Position numbers and translations under genes: made by a program
The notes under the pieces: model-generated
Database searches by the model: none
Seen by the model: the letters and a program-made list of their open reading frames with translations, nothing else
What the model was told of the DNA's origin: nothing
Shown: positions 9,267-19,202 of the stretch, piece by piece
Numbering within the stretch: the first letter of the stretch is position 1
How the letters are laid out: each line of letters starts with the position of its first letter
Source: Candidatus Cloacimonadales bacterium
GTDB lineage: Bacteria; Cloacimonadota; Cloacimonadia; Cloacimonadales; JAIOQZ01
Direction: 5' to 3'
NCBI GenBank assembly: GCA_963662655.2
Contig: CAXXTU010000002.1
Span: 128,001 to 192,000 of the forward strand
DNA: 64,000 nucleotides

Positions 9267-11420
9267 ATGAAGCTCCGGTATTACACGCTCCTTGGAATAA
9301 ACGCACTGCTCGTGCTTGTGTGGATGGTGCACCTGTTTGCTGTGCAGGTGCTCGACGTGCATAAGCTCAGCGGGACTGCGCGTTTGCGTTACAACCCCAA
9401 GAACGAAATCCTCATTCCGTATCGCGGCAACATTTACGACCGCAACGGCGACCTGCTGGTCGGTTCGGTAAAAAACTTCCAGGTGGAAGTTCACCGTCCC
9501 ACCATCGAGCTCTGGTGCAAGAAGCACGACATGCAGGTCTCGGCTTACTACGACACGCTCGCGACCCTCTTCGCGAAGAACAGCGATCTGACGAAAAGCT
9601 ATGTTCTGAACAAGCTGAATGGAAGTGGCGGGGCATCCTCGGTTGTCCTCTCCAATCGCATCAAGGAATCGCAGTTGGTGCTCATCAACAACACGATCCA
9701 GGAGAAGGGCTACCCCCGGCTGATCAGCAGCTTCCACTCCATGAAGCGTACCTACGCGCAGGGCGATCTCGCCGCGCGCATGCTGGGAATCGTGCAGGAA
9801 GAATCGCTGAACAGCAGCAACAGCATTTACACCCTAAAGGGCGTGTGCGGAATCGAGTATGCGCTGGACAACTACCTCCAGGGCGAGCCGGGCTGGCGCA
9901 AGGTGATGTACGACGGCAATCAGCGCGAGATCCCCGATCGCGAGATGAAGGAGAAGAAGGCGCGCAATGGTTACAACGTCGAACTGACCATCGACTCCGA
10001 GTTCCAGGAAATCCTGGAAGTGAATCTCAGTAAGGCCATGGACGAATACAGCGCCAAGAACGCGCTCGGCGTCATCATGGACCCGAACAATGGGCACATT
10101 CTGGCGATGACCGGCCTCTCGCAGTTCGACAAGCACAAGCAGACGTCCGCGATCCGCGCTCTGGCAAACATGCCAATCTCTTTCCTCTTCGAGCCGGGTT
10201 CGACGATGAAGCCGTTTACCTCCCTTCTGGCCATAGAGAAGAACCTTTACAAAGGTTCGGACATGATCGATTGCAGGAAGTATCGCCTTGAAAGGCGTAC
10301 CATCAGCGATGCGCACGAGTTCAAAATGCTCAGTTTCAAGGATGTTCTGGCGCACTCAAGTAATGTCGGTATCGCTAAAGTTGCTGAGAAGGTAGGAGAG
10401 AAAAGCCTCTATAAACGTTTGACGGAAGTTGGCTTTGGCCTGAAGACGGGTCTCGAAGTAACCGGCGAGAATCCCGGAATATTCCGCAAGCTCAAGGACT
10501 GGAACGGATTCAGTCTGCATTCGATTTCATTCGGGCAGGAGATCGCCGTGACCGCGGTGCAGCTTGCCAGTTCATACATCCCGCTGGCCAACCACGGCAA
10601 GGTGATTCAGCCTACACTCGTAAAACGCGTTTACGATGAGAACAACGAGACGATCTTCGAGCACAAGACCGAAGTGCTTCGCACGATATCCGATCAAGCT
10701 TCGCTGGATACGCTTCGTACATACATGGCGGCCGTCGTCGAATACGGAACGGGTACTGCGGCGCAATTTCCTCGGGTCTCGATTGCCGGTAAAACTGGGA
10801 CCGCCGAGAAGATGAAAGCGGGTGGCGGATATTCCGATGACAAGTATACATCCGTTTTCGCAGGCTACTTCCCGGTTGAGAACCCTCAGCTGTTGATGGT
10901 TGTCGTGATCGACGAACCGGTCTACAAATACCATTATGCCTCGATGTCTGCGGTTCCGACCTTCCGCGACATTACGGAAAACATCCTCGCACTGCCCACT
11001 TGCCGAATCATGCCGGACATCCGTAGCGACAAACATGAAATGATCGAGATGCCGAGCGTTGAGGGACTTTCCGTCACCGAAGCGGTGCGCGTCCTCAATC
11101 AGCAGCATATCGCGTTCGAACACCTTGTCCGCGATCCAGACGGCGTGGTGATCAATCAGTATCCCAAGGCTGGAGTCGCATTCGAGAAAGACAACAAAGT
11201 CGTCATCGTGATCGACCATGAAGCGGAAACCGCCGAGAAAGTGAGTTCCTCTTCGACCATGCCCAACCTGATCGGGCTCACTCTTCGCCGGGCGGCCGAT
11301 CTGGCACGGAGAAGCAATATCAAGCTTACCGTGAAGGGGAACGGCGTGGTCTCCAAACAGTCCATCGAGGCAGGCGAGAAAATCAATTACGGGCAGGTAT
11401 GCAAGGTGGTGGCGCGATGA
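9267..11420 (+). CDS. ftsI: Class B penicillin-binding protein (FtsI/PBP3) with two C-terminal PASTA domains
   Basis: RGNIYDRNG, EPGSTMK (SxxK), SSN, KTGT; MPSVEGLS and MPNLIGLT PASTA starts. Confidence 0.92.
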   Translation: MKLRYYTLLGINALLVLVWMVHLFAVQVLDVHKLSGTARLRYNPKNEILIPYRGNIYDRNGDLLVGSVKNFQVEVHRPTIELWCKKHDMQVSAYYDTLATLFAKNSDLTKSYVLNKLNGSGGASSVVLSNRIKESQLVLINNTIQEKGYPRLISSFHSMKRTYAQGDLAARMLGIVQEESLNSSNSIYTLKGVCGIEYALDNYLQGEPGWRKVMYDGNQREIPDREMKEKKARNGYNVELTIDSEFQEILEVNLSKAMDEYSAKNALGVIMDPNNGHILAMTGLSQFDKHKQTSAIRALANMPISFLFEPGSTMKPFTSLLAIEKNLYKGSDMIDCRKYRLERRTISDAHEFKMLSFKDVLAHSSNVGIAKVAEKVGEKSLYKRLTEVGFGLKTGLEVTGENPGIFRKLKDWNGFSLHSISFGQEIAVTAVQLASSYIPLANHGKVIQPTLVKRVYDENNETIFEHKTEVLRTISDQASLDTLRTYMAAVVEYGTGTAAQFPRVSIAGKTGTAEKMKAGGGYSDDKYTSVFAGYFPVENPQLLMVVVIDEPVYKYHYASMSAVPTFRDITENILALPTCRIMPDIRSDKHEMIEMPSVEGLSVTEAVRVLNQQHIAFEHLVRDPDGVVINQYPKAGVAFEKDNKVVIVIDHEAETAEKVSSSSTMPNLIGLTLRRAADLARRSNIKLTVKGNGVVSKQSIEAGEKINYGQVCKVVAR

Positions 11421-14200
11421 AACGTCAACTTACGATCGATCGACTGATTGCGCTTCTCCAGGTGAAGGATATCCTCGTGGAGCACGACATCCCCGCCGGC
11501 GTGGTTGCAAACAAGCCGGAGACCGATTCGCGCCGGGTTGAAGAGAATGATCTCTTCATCTGCATCCGCGGATTTCAGGTGGACGGCCACCAGTATGCCT
11601 CCAGAGCGGCTTTGCAGGGCGCGAAAGCTCTCATAGTGGAAGAGCGGCTCGATGTCGATCTTCCGCAGATTGTCGTGAAGAACGCCCGTAAGGCGGCCGC
11701 GCTGGCAGCGAAAATCTATTACGACGATCCGACGTCGAAGTTCCATCTGATCGGCGCGACGGGAACGAACGGCAAGACGACGATCACGCACATGATCCGC
11801 AGCTTGCTCGCATACGCCGGATACAAGACGGGGCTGATCGGTACGCTGGGATACTATATCAATCAGGAATACCATCCGTCCGAGCGCACGACGCCGGACA
11901 TCATGGAACTGAATCGCATCTTTGCCGGGATGGTGGAAGAAGGCGTTCAGTGTGTGGTCATGGAGGTGTCCTCGCACGCGGTCGCGCTGGACCGGATCTA
12001 CGGTTTGAATTTCGATCTGGCCGTGTTCTCCAATCTGACGAGGGATCACCTCGACTTCCATGAAACGCTGGAGAACTACAAGAAAGCCAAGTTCACGCTT
12101 TTCGATTATCTTACGGAAAATGATGGTGTGGCAGTGGTGAACATCGACGACCAGTACGGCGAGGAGCTGTTTGGGCTGCTCGATTGCGAGAAGAAGAGTA
12201 TCTCCTTCGAGCGTGGAAACTATCTTATCGACAGGACCAGCAGCTCGATCCTGGGCTGTGAATTCGAGCTCCATTTCGACGGAGCGGTTGAGCCGTACAA
12301 CATTAATTTTATCGGTAAACACAATGTTCTCAACACGGCGCTCGCGATTGCGGCAATCAAGGAAAGCTACGATGTGACGCTGCACACGTTGCAGGATGCG
12401 CTGAAATCCATACAGAACGTCGAAGGCAGGCTGGAACCGGTATTCCCGGGAAGCAGCGTGTACATCGACTACGCTCATACGCCGGACGCATTACAGCATG
12501 TGCTGGAATCCCTGAAAGAGATTCCGCATCGCAGGTTGATCTGCGTTTTCGGCGCGGGTGGGGATCGCGACCGTGGGAAACGCCCCGAGATGGGAGCTAT
12601 CGCTGCCAATCTTGCGGACGTCGTTATCGTGACCAACGATAATCCCCGCAACGAATCCCCCGAATCCATCATCCGGGGCATTGTACGCGGAATCGACGCG
12701 GATGCACCGTTGTGGATTCTTCGCGACCGTAAGCTTGCCATCGAGGCTGCAATACGCCTCGCAGGAAAGAACGATATCGTGTTGATCGCCGGCAAAGGGC
12801 ACGAGAAGTATCAGCAAATCGGAAACCGCAAGCTGGATTTCGACGATCTGCAAATCGCCCGTGACGCCATTGCGAAGCTTCGGCACCGCGAGGAAGCGGG
12901 AGATGTCGCGACCATCGAACTGGATATTCCCATCGACGTCATGATGCTGGAACGCCTTTGGAACGTTAAGGTCGATCCGGCGGAGAAATACTATCGCATC
13001 ATTTCCACCGACACACGCACCATCCAGCCCGGATCGCTGTTCTTCGCGATTAGGGGCGACCGCTTCGACGGGCACAGCTTCGTGTTCGACGTCCTCGATG
13101 TGGAGGATTGTCTGGCTGTGGTGTCGCGTGAATACGATCGTTCAAATTGCCTGAAGGTCGAGGACACGACGGTTGCCTACCAGAAGCTGGCGCAGGCTTA
13201 TTGCAAGGTTTTCCCGGCAAAGCGCATCGGTGTTACCGGAAGCGTGGGGAAGACGACGACCAAGGCGATGCTGAACAACATCCTGAGCCTCGATGGCAAG
13301 GTACTCTGCTCGCACGCCAACGAAAACAACCAGCTTGGCGTCCCGAAGAACCTCTTCAAGCTGCGGGTGCAGCACGACTTCGCGATCATCGAGCTCGGAA
13401 CCAACCACCCGGGCGAGATGAAGCCCATCTCAGACACGCTTTCGCCGGAGATCGGACTGATCACGTCGATCGGTCCATCGCATCTGGAATACTTCAAGGA
13501 CATCGAAGGCGTCGCGAGAGAGAAAGCGGCCCTGCTCGATTGCACGACGGGGACGCGGATCGTTCCCTCGGATTTCCCACTGAAAGAGCATCGCAAGAGC
13601 AGCATCACATTCGGGATGAAAGGAACGTACCGGTTAACGAATATCGAGCCCTCCGAGAAGGATGTCACCTTCACGGTGGGTGAGCAGGCGTTCAGGATTC
13701 CGACCCCTGTTCCGTACCTTGCGGAAAACGCGCTGGCCGCGATTGCCGTGGCCAGGGAGCTTGGAATCGTCGATGAGAAGATTCACGAGGGACTCCTGAA
13801 GCCGCTTGAGATCGGCTTGCGGATGAGCATCTACCAATCGGGAAGCCGGACAATCATCGCGGATTGCTACAATGCCAATCCTACTTCGATGACAGCGGCG
13901 ATTCGCTTTTGGAGAGGCTTTCAGCCGGAGCGCTTTCATGTGGCGTTCCTGGGAGACATGCTGGAACTGGGCGAATACAGCGAGAAATATCATCGCGCGA
14001 TCGGGAAGGAACTCAAGGGCCCCGGAATGCGCATTATAACTGTAGGCGAGCACGCCATACACTATTGTGGAAGCTACCATTACGAGAATGTTAAAAGCTT
14101 GCTGGAGACAAACATCATCGAAGATTTACCTGAAAATGCGGTGATCCTGATCAAGGCGTCGCATGGAATTCATCTGGAAAAACTGACGGGAAGGTTGTAG
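11417..14200 (+). CDS. murE-murF: Fused MurE-MurF Mur ligase
   Basis: N half: TGTNGKTT, MEVSSH, DHLDFH, DYAHTPD, GGDRD, DNPR, AGKGHE. C half: DTR, GDRFDGH, TGSVGKTTTK, ELGTNHPGEM, DCYNANPTSM, LGDMLELG, KASHG. No internal stop. Confidence 0.95.
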   Translation: MKRQLTIDRLIALLQVKDILVEHDIPAGVVANKPETDSRRVEENDLFICIRGFQVDGHQYASRAALQGAKALIVEERLDVDLPQIVVKNARKAAALAAKIYYDDPTSKFHLIGATGTNGKTTITHMIRSLLAYAGYKTGLIGTLGYYINQEYHPSERTTPDIMELNRIFAGMVEEGVQCVVMEVSSHAVALDRIYGLNFDLAVFSNLTRDHLDFHETLENYKKAKFTLFDYLTENDGVAVVNIDDQYGEELFGLLDCEKKSISFERGNYLIDRTSSSILGCEFELHFDGAVEPYNINFIGKHNVLNTALAIAAIKESYDVTLHTLQDALKSIQNVEGRLEPVFPGSSVYIDYAHTPDALQHVLESLKEIPHRRLICVFGAGGDRDRGKRPEMGAIAANLADVVIVTNDNPRNESPESIIRGIVRGIDADAPLWILRDRKLAIEAAIRLAGKNDIVLIAGKGHEKYQQIGNRKLDFDDLQIARDAIAKLRHREEAGDVATIELDIPIDVMMLERLWNVKVDPAEKYYRIISTDTRTIQPGSLFFAIRGDRFDGHSFVFDVLDVEDCLAVVSREYDRSNCLKVEDTTVAYQKLAQAYCKVFPAKRIGVTGSVGKTTTKAMLNNILSLDGKVLCSHANENNQLGVPKNLFKLRVQHDFAIIELGTNHPGEMKPISDTLSPEIGLITSIGPSHLEYFKDIEGVAREKAALLDCTTGTRIVPSDFPLKEHRKSSITFGMKGTYRLTNIEPSEKDVTFTVGEQAFRIPTPVPYLAENALAAIAVARELGIVDEKIHEGLLKPLEIGLRMSIYQSGSRTIIADCYNANPTSMTAAIRFWRGFQPERFHVAFLGDMLELGEYSEKYHRAIGKELKGPGMRIITVGEHAIHYCGSYHYENVKSLLETNIIEDLPENAVILIKASHGIHLEKLTGRL

Positions 14201-14201
14201 T

Positions 14202-15305
14202 ATGTTCTATCATTTGTTTTCACCGCTTGCAGATATGAGTATTGTATTCAACGTCTTTCGCTACGTAACCTTCCGATCCGTCGCGGCGTTCATCACGGCG
14301 CTCGTGTTTTCCTTCCTGCTTGGGCCGCGGTTGATTCGCCTCCTGAAGGAGCGTCAGGCTGTTGAAATGATCAACAGCTACGTCCCCGAAGCGCACAAGA
14401 GCAAACAGGGTACTCCCACGATGGGTGGATTGATCATCCTCAGCGGGTTGATTATCTCCTCGCTGCTGTGGAACAATCTGGTGAACACAAATATCCTGTT
14501 CATGTACCTGACAATGCTCTGGCTGGGCGGCTTGGGATTTCTGGATGATTACCTGAAGAATTTCAAGAAACTGGAAAAGGGACTGGTCGCACGCTACAAG
14601 CTTTACGGTCAGATATCGCTGGGCCTGATTATCGGTCTGGCGCTGTACATGAATCACTCGAACGTACCCAACATTACCGAGATCAGCCTTCCGTTCTTCA
14701 AGGGTGTCACCATCTCGCTGGGGATATTTTTCATTCCCTTCGTGATCCTCATGATCACGGGAACATCCAACGCCGTCAACCTGACCGACGGTCTGGACGG
14801 GCTCGCCGGGGGAACAACGGCGATCGCTTCTTTCGCGATTGGCATCATGGCGTATCTCAAGGGAAACATCAAGCTGGCGGATTATCTTCATCTGGAATTC
14901 ATGCCGGAGGCGGGTGAGCTGACCGTCTTCACGGCCGCGCTGATCGGAACGCTGCTGGGCTTTTTGTGGTACAACATCAAACCGGCGGAAATTTTCATGG
15001 GGGACACCGGTTCGCTCACGCTGGGTGGAATCCTGGCAAACCTGGCGATCCTCCTGAAGGAAGAGATTTTTTTCGTTATCGTAGGCGGAATTTTTGTGAT
15101 GGAGGCGTTGTCGTCCATCATGCAGAGGTATTATTTTAAATATTCACGTTACAGGACAGGGACCGGGAAACGGATATTCCGATGTGCTCCTTTGCATCAT
15201 CACTACGAGTTGAAAGGGATGTCGGAGGAGAAGATCGTCGTTCGGTTCTGGATCGTGGCGACGCTGCTCGCAGCGATTGGCCTGGCCACCATCAAACTGC
15301 GCTGA
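14202..15305 (+). CDS. mraY: Phospho-N-acetylmuramoyl-pentapeptide transferase
   Basis: KQGTPTMGG, GFLDDYLK, NAVNLTDGLDGL, FMGDTGS, APLHHHYE. Confidence 0.97.
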   Translation: MFYHLFSPLADMSIVFNVFRYVTFRSVAAFITALVFSFLLGPRLIRLLKERQAVEMINSYVPEAHKSKQGTPTMGGLIILSGLIISSLLWNNLVNTNILFMYLTMLWLGGLGFLDDYLKNFKKLEKGLVARYKLYGQISLGLIIGLALYMNHSNVPNITEISLPFFKGVTISLGIFFIPFVILMITGTSNAVNLTDGLDGLAGGTTAIASFAIGIMAYLKGNIKLADYLHLEFMPEAGELTVFTAALIGTLLGFLWYNIKPAEIFMGDTGSLTLGGILANLAILLKEEIFFVIVGGIFVMEALSSIMQRYYFKYSRYRTGTGKRIFRCAPLHHHYELKGMSEEKIVVRFWIVATLLAAIGLATIKLR

Positions 15306-15326
15306 TGTGCAAAGCGAGAGGTTGAA

Positions 15327-15539
15327 ATGAGTAACGAGACGATTCAGATTTGCTGCGCTTGCAACAAGATACAGCAAAACGAGAAATGCTGGGACTACGA
15401 TATTCCGGCCAATTTCGTGTCTGCGACCCTGACTTACGGGCTGTGTCCGCAGTGCATGCGCGAAATGTATCCCGTCGAGAAGGACAAGCAAAGAAACAAT
15501 CCTTTCGCAAGGCTCAAAGAAGCATATAGTATAACATAG
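15327..15539 (+). CDS. Small Cys-rich putative metal-binding protein (70 aa)
   Basis: GAGAGG RBS; fills the mraY-murD gap; CxxCxKI...W...TYGLCPxC pattern. Confidence 0.7.
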   Translation: MSNETIQICCACNKIQQNEKCWDYDIPANFVSATLTYGLCPQCMREMYPVEKDKQRNNPFARLKEAYSIT

Positions 15540-15546
15540 TAATGGA

Positions 15547-16932
15547 ATGAACATGAACTGGAAAAATCAAAAAATTACGATCATTGGCGCGGCACGCAGC
15601 GGGATTGCTGCGGCCGACAAACTGACGAAAATGGGAGCTTCGGTTCTGCTTTCTGAATCGAAGGCCGAGAAGGACATTTCGGATGCCGCGAATCTCCGGG
15701 AGCGCTTTGCATGCGAATTCGGTGGACACACAGAAAAAGCGCTCGACGCGGATTTGATGATTGTCAGTCCGGGTGTACCCGGAAGCGCTCCGATCCTGAA
15801 GGAAGCCGCCCTGAAGAACATCGAGATCATCAGCGAAATCGAACTCGGCTTTCGTATCAAGCACGAGTCCAGCCGGATTATCGCGGTTACAGGTTCCAAT
15901 GGAAAGAGCACGACGGCTACGCTGATCGCGCATATCATGAGGGAAAAGGATTTTAACACGATTCTGGCCGGCAACATCGGTCAGGCGTTCACCTCGTTCC
16001 CCATCGAAGAGCCGGGAATCGATTTCATCGTGCTGGAAATCAGTAGTTTCCAGCTCGAAAAAATCAAGGATTTCCGTCCCGATGTGGCGGTTCTGCTCAA
16101 CATCACCCCGGATCACCTGAACCGGTACGATTCCTTCGAGCACTACGCGCTTACAAAGATCGACATCACGCGCAATCAGAAGAAGGACGACTTCGCGGTG
16201 ATCTCGGGCGACGACCCCATCATCGGACAATATGCGCACTTCATCCACTCGAAGAAGCTCCTCTTCTCGATGGAAAAGTGCGAGAAGAAGTCGAGCTGCT
16301 TCCGTGATGGAGAAATCTATTTCGACGAAAGCGTTTTCTGTGAATCGTTCACGCTGAATCCGAAGAAGATGAATCTGATCGGGCCGCACAATATTGCCAA
16401 CGTTATGGCTTCCGTGCTCGCGACGTTACCCTTCAAGAAATCGTGGCTTCGTCCTGCGTTCCATCCGGAGTTGATCCAGGACGCGGTATCGAAGTTCAAG
16501 CCGCTGGAGCACCGGCTGGAGGGCGTTCGTACCATTGGAAACATAGAATTCATCAACGATTCCAAGGCAACGAACAGCGATTCGGTTCGCTATGCTCTGC
16601 AATCGTTCGAGAAGCCGATTCGCATCATCATGGGCGGCTCGGAAAAGGGTGAGAATTACTCCATCCTGAAGATGTATGCCAGACCGAATGTGAAAAAGGC
16701 GTACCTCATTGGGCAAACCGCAGACAAGATCGCAAGCGACCTTGCGCCGGACGTGATTTGTGAGAAATACAATAGCCTGAAGGAAGCCGTCGAAGCAGCG
16801 TATCGCGATGCTTCGGAAGGTGAGGTGGTTCTGCTCTCACCGGCGTGCGCCAGCTACGATATGTTCGACAACTTCGAGGACAGGGGCAGGAAGTTCAAGC
16901 AAATAGTCGCGGAGCTGAGCGAAAAGGAATAA
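15547..16932 (+). CDS. murD: UDP-MurNAc-L-Ala--D-glutamate ligase
   Basis: GAARSG, VSPG, TGSNGKSTT, LEISSFQL, PDHLNRY, NDSKATN, LLSPACASYDMF. Confidence 0.97.
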   Translation: MNMNWKNQKITIIGAARSGIAAADKLTKMGASVLLSESKAEKDISDAANLRERFACEFGGHTEKALDADLMIVSPGVPGSAPILKEAALKNIEIISEIELGFRIKHESSRIIAVTGSNGKSTTATLIAHIMREKDFNTILAGNIGQAFTSFPIEEPGIDFIVLEISSFQLEKIKDFRPDVAVLLNITPDHLNRYDSFEHYALTKIDITRNQKKDDFAVISGDDPIIGQYAHFIHSKKLLFSMEKCEKKSSCFRDGEIYFDESVFCESFTLNPKKMNLIGPHNIANVMASVLATLPFKKSWLRPAFHPELIQDAVSKFKPLEHRLEGVRTIGNIEFINDSKATNSDSVRYALQSFEKPIRIIMGGSEKGENYSILKMYARPNVKKAYLIGQTADKIASDLAPDVICEKYNSLKEAVEAAYRDASEGEVVLLSPACASYDMFDNFEDRGRKFKQIVAELSEKE

Positions 16933-16935
16933 CGA

Positions 16936-18117
16936 ATGGAAAGCGTGATCAACACCGAAATCAAAGCGGACAAGCCATCCAAGACCTACATCGTCTCGTA
17001 CGATCACTTGTTGCTCGCATGCTATGTGGCGCTGTGTCTGATCGGCTTGTTTGTGATGCTGGACATCAATTCGGTGCGTTCGGGATTGCGATTCTTCTAT
17101 CGTCACCTGATTTTCCTCGGGTTCTCGACGGTCGTGATGTTCCTCACGTTTCGATTCCGGAATCTGTCAAAGCTGCGCAAATGGATATTCCCCTCCATCG
17201 TCGGAGTGATGATCCTGCTGGTGCTGGTTCTGATTATCGGTGCGTCGGTAAAAGGCGCTACGAGAAGCATTCGCCTCGGGCCGATCAACCTTCAGCCGAG
17301 TCTATTGGCGAGAGTCTGCCTGGTGTTCTACTTTGCGCACATTCTGGACAAGAAGAAGGATATAATACCCAAATCCGGGCCGAAAGGGTTCATCAAGAAT
17401 TTCAAATCGCTGATCATCATGCCGATCCTGGTTTTTGGACTCATCCTGGCCGAAAGGCATCTGAGTCCGCTGATCATCTCCGGAATGACGCTTCTGGGGA
17501 TGCTCTGGATCGCACGGATACGTCTCACGACCATTTTGCTGATCATGGCAATATTGTTTGCTGGAGGAATTACGGTACTCTCGTTTGGGGCGAAGTATCG
17601 CAGCTCGCGTATGGAGATTTTCGAGAAATACTCCATCTACAACAAGATTTTTGGCGACAAGGATAAAAATTACGACGGCGTGACGGGTGACTATCAGGTT
17701 CGCGAGAGCCTCACGGCGCTCACCAGCGGAAACCTGATAGGCGTAGGTACCGAAAGCGGACTTGCCAAGCACTACTATCTGCCCGAGACGCGCACCGACT
17801 ATATCTACTCCATCATCGGAGAGGAATTCGGCTATTTGGGCGCGCTCGCCGTGCTGCTGATTTTCTCGCTGCTGTTCTATCGAAGCATGAACAGCTCGTG
17901 GAATCAGGAGGACTTCTTCCTGAAGATGGTGGGGATCGGCCTTTCCATCAACATCTTCGCCAACGCGATGGTCAACATCGGCGTGGCGATGTCGGCGCTG
18001 CCCTCGACGGGTGTGACGCTTCCTTTCATAAGCTATGGCGGGACTTCACTCATCGTGAACTCCTTCTCGATAGGAGTCATCCTGAACATCAGCTCGAAAA
18101 GAAGGCAGGTATGGTAA
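16936..18117 (+). CDS. ftsW: SEDS peptidoglycan polymerase FtsW
   Basis: Multi-TM; GATRSI, LQPS, LPETRTDYIYSIIGEEFG, LPSTGVTLPFISYGGTS; position in the dcw cluster. Confidence 0.93.
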   Translation: MESVINTEIKADKPSKTYIVSYDHLLLACYVALCLIGLFVMLDINSVRSGLRFFYRHLIFLGFSTVVMFLTFRFRNLSKLRKWIFPSIVGVMILLVLVLIIGASVKGATRSIRLGPINLQPSLLARVCLVFYFAHILDKKKDIIPKSGPKGFIKNFKSLIIMPILVFGLILAERHLSPLIISGMTLLGMLWIARIRLTTILLIMAILFAGGITVLSFGAKYRSSRMEIFEKYSIYNKIFGDKDKNYDGVTGDYQVRESLTALTSGNLIGVGTESGLAKHYYLPETRTDYIYSIIGEEFGYLGALAVLLIFSLLFYRSMNSSWNQEDFFLKMVGIGLSINIFANAMVNIGVAMSALPSTGVTLPFISYGGTSLIVNSFSIGVILNISSKRRQVW

Positions 18118-19202
18118 AAGTACTTATCGCCGCGGGTGGTACCGGTGGTCACATCATTCCCGCGATCGCTTTGGCGAAAGCCTTCATCGAACGCGACGTG
18201 CAGGTGCTGATGATCGGAAATCGCGATGGAATGGAAGAGAGCCTCTACAAGCGGCATTTGCTCGATTATGCTCTGATCGACGTGCAGAAGATTTACCGCA
18301 GGATGACCTTGGCGCACTTCCGCTTCCCCTGGAAGCTCATGAAGAGCCTGGCGATCTCCATGCGCACCATTTCACGCTTCAAGCCGGATGCGGTTATCGG
18401 CACGGGAAGTTTCGTGACCGGCCCACCTGCACTGGCGGCGATCCTGATGAAGAAGCCGCTGTTCCTGCAAGAGCAGAACAGCTACCCGGGGCTCACCACC
18501 CGCCATTTGGTTCCGTACGCGAGACGCGTTTTCCTGGGGAACCTCGGGGCTATGGCGCATCTTCCGCAGGAGAAATGCTTCTTCAGCGGGAACCCGGTAT
18601 TGCCGTTGGACGAATGTGACGCTGTGCAAATCCCTCGCGACCTCAATCTGCGCGAAGGCACGCTCAAGATGTTCGTGAACGGTGGCAGCCAGGGATCGCA
18701 GCGGATTAACCAGACCGTTGCCAGCGCGGCACAGGATTTGTTGAACAGCGGTATCGATATTATCTGGCAGACCGGCGATCGGGAGTACGACGAGCTGAAG
18801 AAGCGGTTTGACGGCGTCCTCGGGATGCATCTGTTCGGGTTTACAGATGCCATGAGATATTATTACGGGCAAGCCGATTTCGTGCTGGGAAGAGCCGGCG
18901 CCATCACGCTTGCCGAACTCGAAACGATGAAGCTTCCGTCGATACTGGTTCCCCTGCCCACCGCTGCGCATAATCACCAGTACTACAACGCACTGGAGTT
19001 GAAGGATCGCGGTGTGTCCCTGCTGGTGCGCCAGAAGGGGCTCAATGTGGACAGCCTTCTGCAGGCCGTTCGGCAGATCGCGTCGAATCTCGGCGATATG
19101 AGAGCCAGATTCGGCGATTCGCCGCATCCCCGGGCAGCTAACCTGATCGCGGAAGTGATTTTGCAAGTTTTAAAGGATGAAGAAAATGTTCGGATCGACT
19201 AA
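18111..19202 (+). CDS. murG: Lipid II GlcNAc transferase MurG
   Basis: AGGTGGHIIPA, EQNS, GNPV, GGSQG, RAGA, HQYYNA. Start set at ATG 18111. Confidence 0.96.
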   Translation: MVKVLIAAGGTGGHIIPAIALAKAFIERDVQVLMIGNRDGMEESLYKRHLLDYALIDVQKIYRRMTLAHFRFPWKLMKSLAISMRTISRFKPDAVIGTGSFVTGPPALAAILMKKPLFLQEQNSYPGLTTRHLVPYARRVFLGNLGAMAHLPQEKCFFSGNPVLPLDECDAVQIPRDLNLREGTLKMFVNGGSQGSQRINQTVASAAQDLLNSGIDIIWQTGDREYDELKKRFDGVLGMHLFGFTDAMRYYYGQADFVLGRAGAITLAELETMKLPSILVPLPTAAHNHQYYNALELKDRGVSLLVRQKGLNVDSLLQAVRQIASNLGDMRARFGDSPHPRAANLIAEVILQVLKDEENVRID

